Notes: generated from the letters alone by a model not told the origin. A stretch of 64,000 nt of DNA from Octopus vulgaris (GCA_951406725.2 OX597829.1:20274001-20338000); one strand, 5' to 3'. Shown: positions 32,590 to 48,892, counted from the first letter of the stretch. Made by a program: numbers and translations.

Positions 32590-32864
32590 CTTGCTGCCAA
32601 CCGCTCATCCTGGCGCAGCGCAATCACCGTGGGAGCAGGGACAGCCGAGGAGGGACGGATTCGGTCAGCGGAGCAGAAACGTCAGATGCGTAAAGCCAGA
32701 GCCGCCTGCACCAGTAGCACGGCCCCTACCCACTTCTGCCCCACCTGTGGGAGGGGCTTCCTTGCCCGGATTGGCCTCACCAGCCACCTCAGGTCTCATG
32801 GCGGCAGTTCCATCAGATTATGTCAGTTGGTCATCTTCGAACCGAAGGACGAACATTATTATTA
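32590..32864 (+). mobile_element. RTE-clade LINE 3' end with C2H2 zinc finger and (ATT)n tail; copies at 40421-40696 and 48521-48796
   Basis: Translation AANRSSWR...KRQMRKAR...[21 protein letters not shown]. Confidence 0.88.
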
Positions 32865-32918
32865 TATGTATGTATGTATATGTACGTATATATATATATA
32901 TATGTATGTATATGTACG

Positions 32919-32959
<41 letters not shown>

Positions 32960-33000
32960 ATGTACGTATATATATATATATATATGTATGTATATGTATG

Positions 33001-33031
<31 letters not shown>

Positions 33032-33445
33032 ATGTATGTATATATATATATGTATGTATGTATATGTATGTATATATATATATGTATGTATGTATGTATA
33101 TGTATGTATATATATATGTATGTATGTATGTATGTATATATATGTACGTATGTATATGTATGTATATATATATGTATGTATGTATATATATATATGTATG
33201 TATGTATATATATATATATATGTATGTATGTATATATATGTATGTATGTATATATATATATATATGTATGTATGTATATATATATGTATGTATGTATATG
33301 TACGTATATATATATATATGTATATATGTATATGTACATATATATATATATATGTATGTATATGTACGTATATATATATGTATGTATATGTACGTATATA
33401 TATATATATATATGTTTGTATGTATATGTACGTATATATATATAT

Positions 33446-33576
33446 AAGAATGAATGTTTTTATATATAATGAACGTGAAATACAGGAAGGGACGAACACG
33501 GAACACAGACAAATCATTCGAAGCCTTCAATCTTCAGTCAGACACCGAATCATCATAGCAAATTTCGGCTGTTCAA
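33446..33576 (-). mobile_element. 130-bp island, probably a PLE pLTR 3' end; copies at 41300-41430 and 50158-50288
   Basis: Unique island in (TA)n that shares a motif series with 53700-53800. The class is inferred. Confidence 0.45.
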
Positions 33577-33714
33577 TATATATGTATGTATGTATATGTA
33601 CGTATATATATATATATATATATGTATGTATATGTACGTATATATATATATATATCTATGTATGTATATGCACGTATATATATATATATTTATATGTATG
33701 TATGTATATGTACG

Positions 33715-33745
<31 letters not shown>

Positions 33746-33752
33746 ATGTACG

Positions 33753-33783
<31 letters not shown>

Positions 33784-34187
33784 ATGTACATATATATATA
33801 TATATATGTATGTATGTATATGTACATATATATATATATATGTATGTATGTATATGTACTTATATATTTATATATATATATGTATGTATGTATGTATATG
33901 TGCGTGTGTATATATATATATATGTATGTATGTATATGTACGTATATGTATATATGTATGTATGTATATGTACGTATATATATATATGTATGTATGTACG
34001 TATGTACGTATATATATATATATGTATGTATGTATATGTACGTATATATATATATATGTATGTATGTATATATACGTATATATATATATATATGTATGTA
34101 TATATACGTATATATATATATATGTATGTATATATGTATGTATATATATATATATATATATATACGTACATATACATACATACAAAC

Positions 34188-34219
<32 letters not shown>

Positions 34220-34236
34220 CGTACATATACATACAT

Positions 34237-34283
<47 letters not shown>

Positions 34284-34343
34284 TACATATACATACATAC
34301 AAACATATATATATATATATATACGTACATATACATACATACA

Positions 34344-34398
<55 letters not shown>

Positions 34399-34506
34399 CA
34401 CCTTTTGAGCGCGGCGTTGCCAGAACCGCCTGACTGGCTCACGTATATATAAGTACATACACATACATACATACATACATATATATATATATACATATAC
34501 ATACAT

Positions 34507-34574
<68 letters not shown>

Positions 34575-34595
34575 GTGTATGTATGTATATGTTCG

Positions 34596-34642
<47 letters not shown>

Positions 34643-34821
34643 ATATATGTATATATATATATGTATGTATGTATATATATGTATATATATATATGTATGT
34701 ATGTATATATATGTATATATATGTATATGTATGTATGTATATATATGTATATATATATATATGTATGTATGTATATATATGTATATATATATATATATGT
34801 ATGTATGTATGTATATATATG

Positions 34822-34854
<33 letters not shown>

Positions 34855-34951
34855 GTATGTATATATATGTATATATGTATGTATGTATGTATATATATGT
34901 ATATATATATATATATGTATGTATATATATGTATATATATGTATATATATG

Positions 34952-34982
<31 letters not shown>

Positions 34983-35001
34983 GTATATATATGTATATAT
35001 A

Positions 35002-35034
<33 letters not shown>

Positions 35035-35085
35035 ATATGTATACATATATATATATATGTATGTATGTATGTATGTATATATATG

Positions 35086-35116
<31 letters not shown>

Positions 35117-35235
35117 GTGTATATATATGTATATATATATATATATGTATGTATGTATGTGTATATATATGTATATATATATATATATGTATGTATGTAT
35201 GTATATATATGTATATATATATATATGTATGTATG

Positions 35236-35282
<47 letters not shown>

Positions 35283-35304
35283 ATATATATATATATGTAT
35301 GTAT

Positions 35305-35345
<41 letters not shown>

Positions 35346-35377
35346 TATATATGTATATATATGTATATATATGTATG

Positions 35378-35410
<33 letters not shown>

Positions 35411-35474
35411 GTATATATATGTATGTATATATATGTATATATATGTATGTATATATATGTATATATATGTATAT

Positions 35475-36613
35475 AACAGGCAGTTGTGAGCAATGGAGCC
35501 ACCTCCAGGGAAACGCAAATAACAAGCGGTGTCCCACAGGGCACTGTCTTGGGGCCACTGATGTTCATAGTGGCCCTTTCAGACATGCCTTCAGTTGCTA
35601 CGATGACCACCCTTGCTAGCTATGCAGATGACACAAAGTCTCCCACGCAATACAAAGGCCTAAAAATATTGCGCATCTGCAACATGAGCTGGACACAATA
35701 TACAGGTGGGCTGAGGACAACAACATGCAGTTTAATGCAGGTAAGTTCCAGGCCCTGCGCTACTGGCACACAAAGGTAAATGACGTGAAGACTGGATACA
35801 CTGGCCCAGGAAGAATTGCAATCCCTGAGTCAAAATCAGTGCGTGACCTGGGCATTGACATGAGCAATGATGCATCTTTCCAAATGCATATTGCTAATCT
35901 GGTGATAAAATGCAGACGGCTAGCTGGATGGATTCTCCGAACTTTCAGAACAAGAGAGAAGGAGACACTGATGGTCCTATGGAAAACATTTGTCCTCAGC
36001 CGCTTGGACTACTGCTCCCAACTTTGGTCACCACACAATATAAAACAAACAGCAGAACTCGAAGCAACTCAGAGAAGCTACACAAAGAAAATCATCTCAA
36101 TGCAAAATGTCAGCTACTGGGAAAGACTGAAGGTATTAAACCTCTTCTCCCTGGAGCGGAGGCGGGAGAGATATGCAGTGATATACATCTGGAAAATCCT
36201 GGAGGGTCTTGTCCCAAACTTTGGCATTCAAAGTTACTCCAACCGCAGAACGGGGCGCCGCTGCGTGGTGCCAAGGATTCCAACATCACCATCAAAATAC
36301 AGGTCCAGATACTGCAACAGCTTGGGTTTCAGAGGACCACAGCTCTTTAACATCCTCCCTAAATGCCTGAGAGACTTACATGGTGTGGATGTGGGTTTCT
36401 TTAAAACTAAACTGGATCTCTTCTTGTTGGGAGTCCCAGATGAACCTACCTCACGACAGGAGACACGGATGCGGGCAGCAGCATCGAACTCCCTTGTTGA
36501 TCAAGTGCCACGTATCAGAGGTGGATTCACAAACTAGTGTAGCTCATTCAGCGGTGGTGCCCCAGCATGGCCGCGGCCTTCGGGCTAAAACATTTTTAAG
36601 GATTTAAGGATTT
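35475..36613 (+). mobile_element. LINE-A copy 5 (1-nt deletion near 35637)
   Basis: Near-identical to 26411-27550. Confidence 0.95.
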
Positions 36614-36616
36614 ATA

Positions 36617-36888
<272 letters not shown>

Positions 36889-36893
36889 GTATA

Positions 36894-36935
<42 letters not shown>

Positions 36936-37023
36936 TATATATATGTATATATGTATGTATATGTACATATATATATGTGTATGTACATATATATATATAT
37001 GTATATGTACATATATATATATA

Positions 37024-37060
<37 letters not shown>

Positions 37061-37239
37061 GTACATATATATATATATATGTACATATATATATATATGT
37101 ATATGTACATATATATATATATATGTATGTATATGTACATATATATATGTATATGTACATATATATATATATATGTATGTATATGTACATATATATATGT
37201 ATATGTACATATATATATATATATGTATGTATATGTACA

Positions 37240-37270
<31 letters not shown>

Positions 37271-38063
37271 ATATATGTATGTATATGTACATATATATAT
37301 ATATGTATATGTACATATATATATATATATGTATATGTACATATATATATATATGTATATGTACATATATATATATATGTATATGTACATATATATATAT
37401 ATATGTATATGTACATATATATATATATGTATATGTACATATATATATATATGTATATGTACATATATATATATATGTATATGTACATATATATATATAT
37501 GTATATGTACGTATATATATATATGTATATGTACGTATATATATATATGTATATGTACGTATATATATATATGTATATGTACATATATATATATATGTAT
37601 ATGTACATATATATATATGTATATGTACATATATATATATATGTATATGTACATATATATATATGTATATGTACATATATATATATATGTATATATGTAC
37701 ATATATATATATGTATATGTACATATATATATATGTATATGTACATATATATATATATATATATATGTACATATATATATATATGTATGTATATGTACAT
37801 ATATATATATATGTATGTATATGTACATATATATATATATGTATGTATATGTACATATATATATATATATGTATGTATATGTACATATATATATATATAT
37901 GTATGTATATGTACATATATATATATATATATGTATGTATATGTACATACATATATATATATGTATGTATATGTACATACATATATATATATGTATGTAT
38001 GTATATGTACATACATATATATATATATATGTATGTATATGTACATATATATATATATATATG

Positions 38064-38096
<33 letters not shown>

Positions 38097-38115
38097 GTAC
38101 ATATATATATATATG

Positions 38116-38148
<33 letters not shown>

Positions 38149-38193
38149 GTACATATATATATATATATGTATATGTACATATATATATATATG

Positions 38194-38250
<57 letters not shown>

Positions 38251-38341
38251 GTACATATATATATATGTATGTATATGTACATATATATATATGTATGTAT
38301 ATATACATATATATGTACATATATATATATATGTATGTATA

Positions 38342-38380
<39 letters not shown>

Positions 38381-38438
38381 ATGTATATATATATATATAT
38401 ATATATGTATAGTATATGTACATATATATATATATATG

Positions 38439-38471
<33 letters not shown>

Positions 38472-38475
38472 GTAC

Positions 38476-38507
<32 letters not shown>

Positions 38508-40360
38508 ATGTACATATATATATAATATTATTAGAGACAAAACCACTACTTTGCAAATCAAACAAGGAAAGACTTAATACATAAAAAATTTTAATATAAA
38601 GTAAATAAATCGCCACTACTATTGTTTCCTGTCTTCAAATTACATTCATCAGGTGGATTTCATATTTCGTAGTTATTTTTCTGCATCTTAAATATATATG
38701 GTTTACTTTATCCATTATTTCAGAATAATTGCTACAGAAAACTAAACAACTGAGCTGACCAAAATTCTATATACGATGTTCCTACAAGATTATTCAGCAC
38801 TGAACAACAAACATATAGGTGAATGAATCGATTAAGAGCAGCGATCTGTCACAATACACCTTCGTATTACTGTTGCTCGTACACACTACCCAGTTCACCT
38901 GATATAAAAAGATTGTGAGCACACAGACACACACCAATTCACAAACACACACATAAATATAAACGCAGGCGTGGCTGTGTGGTAAGAAGCTTGCTTCAAC
39001 CACATGGTTCCGAGTTCAGTGACCCTTAGCCTCGGGCCGACCACTCAAAGCCCGAGGCTAAGGGTCACTGAACTCGGAACCATGTGGTTGGGAAGCAAGC
39101 TTCTTACCACACAGCCACGCCTGCGTTTATATTTATGTGTGTGTTTGTGAATTGGTGGAGTGAAAACACTCTTGAATTGCTCATTCAGTATTTCACTTAC
39201 CCTCATTGGTTTTCCTGTAAGTGTGCCATCCTTTTCGAGGAGTGGCCCAATTCTACAGTGCACTGTAGCTGTTTCTTTGGCATACCTGTAGAAAGCTCTG
39301 GGGTTAGATTTTATGTTTTCTATAGCTCCAGGCTTCTTTGTCTGCTCTTTCTTTTTCATGGGAGAGTTGCAGACATTTTTCGATTTCCAACAGTTTTATT
39401 TTTAGGCGGGACTTTTCACTGCTTTCAATCTGTTTGTTTAGGCGATTTGAAAATTTCGTACGCCGTCTCATTAAAATTTTCCTCTCTCTGGGGATTTTGT
39501 TCTTGTGTACAGTGGCCTTTCTCTCTGGGACACATTTGTAGCATATGGCTTGCATTACAGACATGAATTGTTGGAGTTTCACGTCGATGTCTGGCAAGGA
39601 GAGACATTTAGGCCAGTTTTGTTTGAGGATCTCTTTCTCAATTTGTTTCTAGTTTGCCTTATGGTAGTTCAAGCTGGAAAGATTTTGAGGGTTTCTTGTA
39701 GGCTGCATGTCCGTGCTCTCTTTTGGCCCGTACATGGTCAGTTCTATCATGTTGTGATCCGAGAGTAGTGTCGGTGTCACTTTCACATTATGGATGAGAT
39801 CCATGTCATTTGTGAAGCAGAGATCCAGTGTGTTACCTGCCCTGGTTGGTTGGAGTATTACCTGCTCCATGTACAGGGTGTTGATGAGGTTCAGGAGGGA
39901 CCTCGCCTGTCCTCGTTCACATCTTGTCATTCCTGGGAGAGAAAGGCCCTCGGGCCATCTGACATTGGGCAGATTGAAGTCTCCCATAAGAAGCACACCT
40001 ATGTGTTGTTCCAATGTGGTTAGAATTTCTTCTATTTTTATAAGGCAGTCTTCAAACTTGCCCACATGTCTTGGGGCATCTGGAGGGCGATATGTAGCAC
40101 ACACAACTACATCAAGTTGCCTAATATGTACAATTAGTGTGTCACACACCGAGTTTGAGTATGACAAGAGGACCTGGGGTGTGAGGTCCTCACGGATGTA
40201 CATAGCAACACCTCCATGACTCCTTTCTTTCCTGTCGGTCCGTAGTACAGCATACTGTGGTATGTGTAACTCCGCATCTGCTATGTCCGGTTTCAGGTGC
40301 GTTTCTGTATATCTATATATACGTACATATACATATATATATATATATACGTACATATAC

Positions 40361-40410
<50 letters not shown>

Positions 40411-40750
40411 GTACATATACACTTGCTGCCAACCGCTCATCCTGGCGCAGCGCAATCACCGTGGGAGCAGGGACAGCCGAGGAGGGACGGATTCGGTCAG
40501 CGGAGCAGAAACGTCAGATGCGTAAAGCCAGAGCCGCCTGCACCAGTAGCACGGCCCCTACCCACTTCTGCCCCACCTGTGGGAGGGGCTTCCTTGCCCG
40601 GATTGGCCTCACCAGCCACCTCAGGTCTCATGGCGGCAGTTCCATCAGATTATGTCAGTTGGTCATCTTCGAACCAAAGGACGAACATTATTATTATATG
40701 TATGTATGTATATGTACGTATATATATATATATATGTATGTATATGTACG

Positions 40751-40789
<39 letters not shown>

Positions 40790-40796
40790 ATGTACG

Positions 40797-40829
<33 letters not shown>

Positions 40830-40840
40830 GTATATGTATG

Positions 40841-40871
<31 letters not shown>

Positions 40872-41568
40872 ATGTATGTATATATATATATGTATGTATG
40901 TATATGTATGTATATATATATATGTATGTATGTATGTATATGTATGTATATATATATATATGTATGTATGTATGTATGTATATATATGTACGTATGTATA
41001 TGTATGTATATATATATGTATGTATGTATATATATATATATATGTATGTATGTATATATATATATATATGTATGTATGTATATATATATATGTATGTATG
41101 TATATATATATATATATGTATGTATGTATATATATATATGTATGTATGTATATGTACGTATATATATATATATGTATATATGTATATGTACATATATATA
41201 TATATATATGTATATGTACGTATATATATATGTATGTATATGTACGTATATATATATATATATATATGTTTGTATGTATATGTACGTATATATATATATA
41301 AGAATGAATGTTTTTATATATAATGAACGTGAAATACAGGAAGGGACGAACACGGAACACAGACAAATCATTCGAAGCCTTCAATCTTCAGTCAGACACC
41401 GAATCATCATAGCAAATTTCGGCTGTTCAATATATATGTATGTATGTATATGTACGTATATATATATATATATATATGTATGTATATGTACGTATATATA
41501 TATATATATCTATGTATGTATATGCACGTATATATATATATATTTATATGTATGTATGTATATGTACG

Positions 41569-41599
<31 letters not shown>

Positions 41600-41756
41600 A
41601 TGTACGTATATATATATATATATGTGTATGTATGTATATGTACATATATATATATATATGTATGTATGTATATGTACATATATATATATATATGTATGTA
41701 TGTATATGTACTTATATATTTATATATATATATGTATGTATGTATGTATATGTGCG

Positions 41757-41787
<31 letters not shown>

Positions 41788-41990
41788 ATGTACGTATATG
41801 TATATATGTATGTATGTATATGTACGTATATATATATGTATGTATGTATATGTACGTATATATATATATATATGTATGTATGTATATGTACGTATATATA
41901 TATATATGTATGTATGTATATATACGTATATATATATATGTATGTATGTATATATACGTATATATATATATGTATGTATGTATATGTATG

Positions 41991-42022
<32 letters not shown>

Positions 42023-42035
42023 CATACATACAAAC

Positions 42036-42067
<32 letters not shown>

Positions 42068-42087
42068 CGTACATATACATACATACA

Positions 42088-42126
<39 letters not shown>

Positions 42127-42193
42127 GTACATATACATACATACATAACATATATATATATATATATATACGTACATATACATACATACAAAC

Positions 42194-42240
<47 letters not shown>

Positions 42241-42387
42241 ACACCTTTTGAGCGCGGCCGTTGCCAGAACCGCCTGTTTGGCTCACGTATATATAAGTAC
42301 ATACACATACATACATACATACATATATATATATACGTACATATACATATATACATACATACATACATACATATATATATATATATG

Positions 42388-42418
<31 letters not shown>

Positions 42419-42663
42419 GTGTATGTATGTATATGTTCGTATATATATATATATATATGTATGTATATATATATGTATGTATGGATATATGTATGTATAT
42501 GTATGTATATATATATGTATGTATGTATATATATGTATATATATATATGTATGTATGTATATATATGTATATATATGTATATGTATGTATGTATATATAT
42601 GTATATATATATATATATGTATGTATGTATATATATGTATATATATATATATATGTATGTATG

Positions 42664-42714
<51 letters not shown>

Positions 42715-42803
42715 GTATGTATATATATGTATATATGTATATATATGTATGTATATATATGTATATATATATATATATGTATGTATATATATGTATATAT
42801 ATG

Positions 42804-42834
<31 letters not shown>

Positions 42835-42845
42835 GTATATATATG

Positions 42846-42876
<31 letters not shown>

Positions 42877-42903
42877 GTATGTATATATATGTATACATAT
42901 ATA

Positions 42904-42936
<33 letters not shown>

Positions 42937-43027
42937 ATATATGTATATATATATATATATGTATGTATGTATGTGTATATATATGTATATATATATATAT
43001 ATGTATGTATGTATGTGTATATATATG

Positions 43028-43058
<31 letters not shown>

Positions 43059-43087
43059 ATATATGTATATATATATATATATGTATG

Positions 43088-43142
<55 letters not shown>

Positions 43143-43159
43143 ATATATATATATATATG

Positions 43160-43207
<48 letters not shown>

Positions 43208-43330
43208 TATATATGTATATATATGTATATATATGTATGTATATATATATATATATGTATATATATGTATATATATGTATGTATATATATGTATATATAT
43301 GTATGTATATATATGTATATATATGTATAT

Positions 43331-44470
43331 AACAGGCAGTTGTGAGCAATGGAGCCACCTCCAGGGAAACGCAAATAACAAGCGGTGTCCCACAGGGCAC
43401 TGTCTTGGGGCCACTGATGTTCATAGTGGCCCTTTCAGACATGCCTTCAGTTGCTACGATGACCACCCTTGCTAGCTATGCAGATGACACAAAAGTCTCC
43501 CACGCAATACAAAGGCCTAAAAATATTGCGCATCTGCAACATGAGCTGGACACAATATACAGGTGGGCTGAGGACAACAACATGCAGTTTAATGCAGGTA
43601 AGTTCCAGGCCCTGCGCTACTGGCACACAAAGGTAAATGACGTGAAGACTGGATACACTGGCCCAGGAAGAATTGCAATCCCTGAGTCAAAATCAGTGCG
43701 TGACCTGGGCATTGACATGAGCAATGATGCATCTTTCCAAATGCATATTGCTAATCTGGTGATAAAATGCAGACGGCTAGCTGGATGGATTCTCCGAACT
43801 TTCAGAACAAGAGAGAAGGAGACACTGATGGTCCTATGGAAAACATTTGTCCTCAGCCGCTTGGACTACTGCTCCCAACTTTGGTCACCACACAATATAA
43901 AACAAACAGCAGAACTCGAAGCAACTCAGAGAAGCTACACAAAGAAAATCATCTCAATGCAAAATGTCAGCTACTGGGAAAGACTGAAGGTATTAAACCT
44001 CTTCTCCCTGGAGCGGAGGCGGGAGAGATATGCAGTGATATACATCTGGAAAATCCTGGAGGGTCTTGTCCCAAACTTTGGCATTCAAAGTTACTCCAAC
44101 CGCAGAACGGGGCGCCGCTGCGTGGTGCCAAGGATTCCAACATCACCATCAAAATACAGGTCCAGATACTGCAACAGCTTGGGTTTCAGAGGACCACAGC
44201 TCTTTAACATCCTCCCTAAATGCCTGAGAGACTTACATGGTGTGGATGTGGGTTTCTTTAAAACTAAACTGGATCTCTTCTTGTTGGGAGTCCCAGATGA
44301 ACCTACCTCACGACAGGAGACACGGATGCGGGCAGCAGCATCGAACTCCCTTGTTGATCAAGTGCCACGTATCAGAGGTGGATTCACAAACTAGTGTAGC
44401 TCATTCAGCGGTGGTGCCCCAGCATGGCCGCGGCCTTCGGGCTAAAACATTTTTAAGGATTTAAGGATTT
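43331..44470 (+). mobile_element. LINE-A copy 6
   Basis: Near-identical to 26411-27550; 350-codon open frame. Confidence 0.95.
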
Positions 44471-44473
44471 ATA

Positions 44474-44553
<80 letters not shown>

Positions 44554-44571
<18 letters not shown>

Positions 44572-44808
44572 TTTTGTACTTGTTTCAGTCATTTGACTGC
44601 GGCCATGCTGGAGCACCGCCTTTAGAGTGGTGAAGAGCAGCAGGGATCACCACCTCCTGCCGGAGCCTCGTGGAGCTTTTAGGTGTTTTTTCGCTCAATA
44701 AACACACACAACGCCCGGTCTGGGAATCGAAACCGCGATCCTCCGACCGCAAGTCCGCTGCCCTAACCACTAGGCCATTGCACCTCCACTAGGCCATTGC
44801 ACCTCCAC
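44554..44808 (-). mobile_element. Young tRNA-derived SINE with poly(A) tail, present only in unit 3
   Basis: Minus strand: TGGCCTAGTGGTTAGGG (A box), GGTTTCGATTCCC (B box), shared tail GGCGGTGCTCCAGCATGGCCGCAGTCAAATGACTGAAAC, about 22 A; CpG-rich. Confidence 0.9.
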
Positions 44809-44858
<50 letters not shown>

Positions 44859-44859
44859 G

Positions 44860-45030
<171 letters not shown>

Positions 45031-45055
45031 ATGTACATATATATATATATGTACA

Positions 45056-45090
<35 letters not shown>

Positions 45091-45313
45091 GTATGTATAT
45101 GTACATATATATATGTGTATGTACATATATATATATATGTATATGTACATATATATATATATATGTATGTATATGTACATATATATATGTATATGTACAT
45201 ATATATATATATGTATGTATATGTACATATATATATGTATATGTACATATATATATATATATGTATGTATATGTACATATATGTATGTATATGTACATAT
45301 ATATATATATATG

Positions 45314-45346
<33 letters not shown>

Positions 45347-46150
45347 GTACATATATATATATGTATGTATATGTACATATATATATATATATGTACATAT
45401 ATATATATGTATGTATATGTACATATATATATATATGTATATGTACATATATATATATATGTATATGTACATATATATATATATGTATATGTACATATAT
45501 ATATATATGTATATGTACATATATATATATATATGTACATATATATATATGTATATGTACATATATATATATGTATATGTACATATATATATATATGTAT
45601 ATGTACGTATATATATATGTATATGTACATATATATATATGTATATGTACGTATATATATATGTATATGTACATATATATATATATGTATATGTACATAT
45701 ATATATATATGTATATGTACATATATATATATATGTATATGTACATATATATATATGTATATGTACATATATATATATGTATATGTACATATATATATAT
45801 GTATATGTACATATATATATATGTATGTATATGTACATATATATATATGTATATGTACATATATATATGTATATGTACATATATATATATGTATATGTAC
45901 ATATATATATATATGTATGTATATGTACATATATATATATATGTATGTATATGTACATATATATATATATGTATGTATATGTACTTATATATATATATAT
46001 GTATGTATATGTACATATATATATATATATGTATGTATATGTACATATATATATATATATATGTATGTATATGTACATACATATATATATATGTATGTAT
46101 ATGTACATACATATATATATATATGTATGTATATGTACATATATATATAT

Positions 46151-46184
<34 letters not shown>

Positions 46185-46233
46185 ATGTATATGTACATAT
46201 ATATATATATGTATATGTACATATATATATATG

Positions 46234-46266
<33 letters not shown>

Positions 46267-46339
46267 GTACATATATATATATATGTATATGTACATATAT
46301 ATATATGTATGTATATGTACATATATATATATATATATG

Positions 46340-46372
<33 letters not shown>

Positions 46373-46423
46373 GTACATATATATATATGTATGTATATGT
46401 ACATATATATATATATATGTATA

Positions 46424-46462
<39 letters not shown>

Positions 46463-46494
46463 ATGTACATATATATATATATATGTATATGTAC

Positions 46495-46526
<32 letters not shown>

Positions 46527-46549
46527 ATGTACATATATATATATATATG

Positions 46550-46582
<33 letters not shown>

Positions 46583-47040
46583 GTACATATATATATATAT
46601 ATATATATGTATGTATATGTACATATATATATAATATTATTAGAGACAAAACCACTACTTTGCAAATCAAACAAGGAAAGACTTAATACATAAAAAATTT
46701 TAATATAAAGTAAATAAATCGCCACTACTATTGTTTCCTGTCTTCAAATTACATTCATCAGGTGGATTTCATATTTCGTAGTTATTTTTCTGCATCTTAA
46801 ATATATATGGTTTACTTTATCCATTATTTCAGAATAATTGCTACAGAAAACTAAACAACTGAGCTGACCAAAATTCTATATACGATGTTCCTACAAGATT
46901 ATTCAGCACTGAACAACAAACATATAGGTGAATGAATCGATTAAGAGCAGCGATCTGTCACAATACACCTTCGTATTACTGTTGCTCGTACACACTACCC
47001 AGTTCACCTGATATAAAAAGATTGTGAGCACACAGACACA

Positions 47041-47268
47041 CACCAATTCACAAACACACACATAAATATAAACGCAGGCGTGGCTGTGTGGTAAGAAGCT
47101 TGCTTCCCAACCACATGGTTCCGAGTTCAGTGACCCTTAGCCTCGGGCCGACCACTCAAAGCCCGAGGCTAAGGGTCACTGAACTCGGAACCATGTGGTT
47201 GGGAAGCAAGCTTCTTACCACACAGCCACGCCTGCGTTTATATTTATGTGTGTGTTTGTGAATTGGTG
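47041..47268. repeat. Perfect 108-bp-arm fold-back with 12-nt loop; imperfect copies at about 31101-31332 and 38932-39157
   Basis: 47161-47268 is the exact reverse complement of 47041-47148. The arm consists of flank DNA plus a SINE head. Confidence 0.95.
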
Positions 47269-48470
47269 GAGTGAAAACACTCTTGAATTGCTCATTCAGT
47301 ATTTCACTTACCCTCATTGGTTTTCCTGTAAGTGTGCCATCCTTTTCGAGGAGTGGCCCAATTCTACAGTGCACTGTAGCTGTTTCTTTGGCATACCTGT
47401 AGAAAGCTCTGGGGTTAGATTTTATGTTTTCTATAGCCCAGGCTTCTTTGTCTGCTCTTTCTTTTTCATGGGAGAGTTGCAGACATTTTTCGATTTCCAA
47501 CAGTTTTATTTTTAGGCGGGACTTTTCACTGCTTTCAATCTGTTTGTTTAGGCGATTTGAAAATTTCGTACGCCGTCTCATTAAAATTTTCCTCTCTCTG
47601 GGGATTTTGTTCTTGTGTACAGTGGCCTTTCTCTCTGGGACACATTTGTAGCATATGGCTTGCATTACAGACATGAATTGTTGGAGTTTCACGTCGATGT
47701 CTGGCAAGGAGAGACATTTAGGCCAGTTTTGTTTGAGGATCTCTTTCTCAATTTGTTTCTAGTTTGCCTTATGGTAGTTCAAGCTGGAAAGATTTTGAGG
47801 GTTTCTTGTAGGCTGCATGTCCGTGCTCTCTTTTGGCCCGTACATGGTCAGTTCTATCATGTTGTGATCCGAGAGTAGTGTCGGTGTCACTTTCACATTA
47901 TGGATGAGATCCATGTCATTTGTGAAGCAGAGATCCAGTGTGTTACCTGCCCTGGTTGGTTGGAGTATTACCTGCTCCATGTACAGGGTGTTGATGAGGT
48001 TCAGGAGGGACCTCGCCTGTCCTCGTTCACATCTTGTCATTCCTGGGAGAGAAAGGCCCTCGGGCCATCTGACATTGGGCAGATTGAAGTCTCCCATAAG
48101 AAGCACACCTATGTGTTGTTCCAATGTGGTTAGAATTTCTTCTATTTTTATAAGGCAGTCTTCAAACTTGCCCACATGTCTTGGGGCATCTGGAGGGCGA
48201 TATGTAGCACACACAACTACATCAAGTTGCCTAATATGTACAATTAGTGTGTCACACACCGAGTTTGAGTATGACAAGAGGACCTGGGGTGTGAGGTCCT
48301 CACGGATGTACATAGCAACACCTCCATGACTCCTTTCTTTCCTGTCGGTCCGTAGTACAGCATACTGTGGTATGTGTAACTCCGCATCTGCTATGTCCGG
48401 TTTCAGGTGCGTTTCTGTATATCTATATATACGTACATATACATATATATATATATATACGTACATATAC

Positions 48471-48509
<39 letters not shown>

Positions 48510-48849
48510 CGTACATATACACTTGCTGCCAACCGCTCATCCTGGCGCAGCGCAATCACCGTGGGAGCAGGGACAGCCGAGGAGGGACGGATTCGGTCAG
48601 CGGAGCAGAAACGTCAGATGCGTAAAGCCAGAGCCGCCTGCACCAGTAGCACGGCCCCTTCCCACTTCTGCCCCACCTGTGGGAGGGGCTTCCTTGCCCG
48701 GATTGGCCTCACCAGCCACCTCAGGTCTCATGGCGGCAGTTCCATCAGATTATGTCAGTTGGTCATCTTCGAACCGAAGGACGAACATTATTATTATATG
48801 TATGTATGTATATGTACGTATATATATATATATATGTATGTATATGTAC

Positions 48850-48887
<38 letters not shown>

Positions 48888-48892
48888 GTACG

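Noticed and set aside
44700-44790. Functional tRNA gene (also 52805-52870 and 53147-53212)
   Set aside because: tRNA-like boxes continue into SINE bodies, with no clean acceptor stem or T-run terminator.
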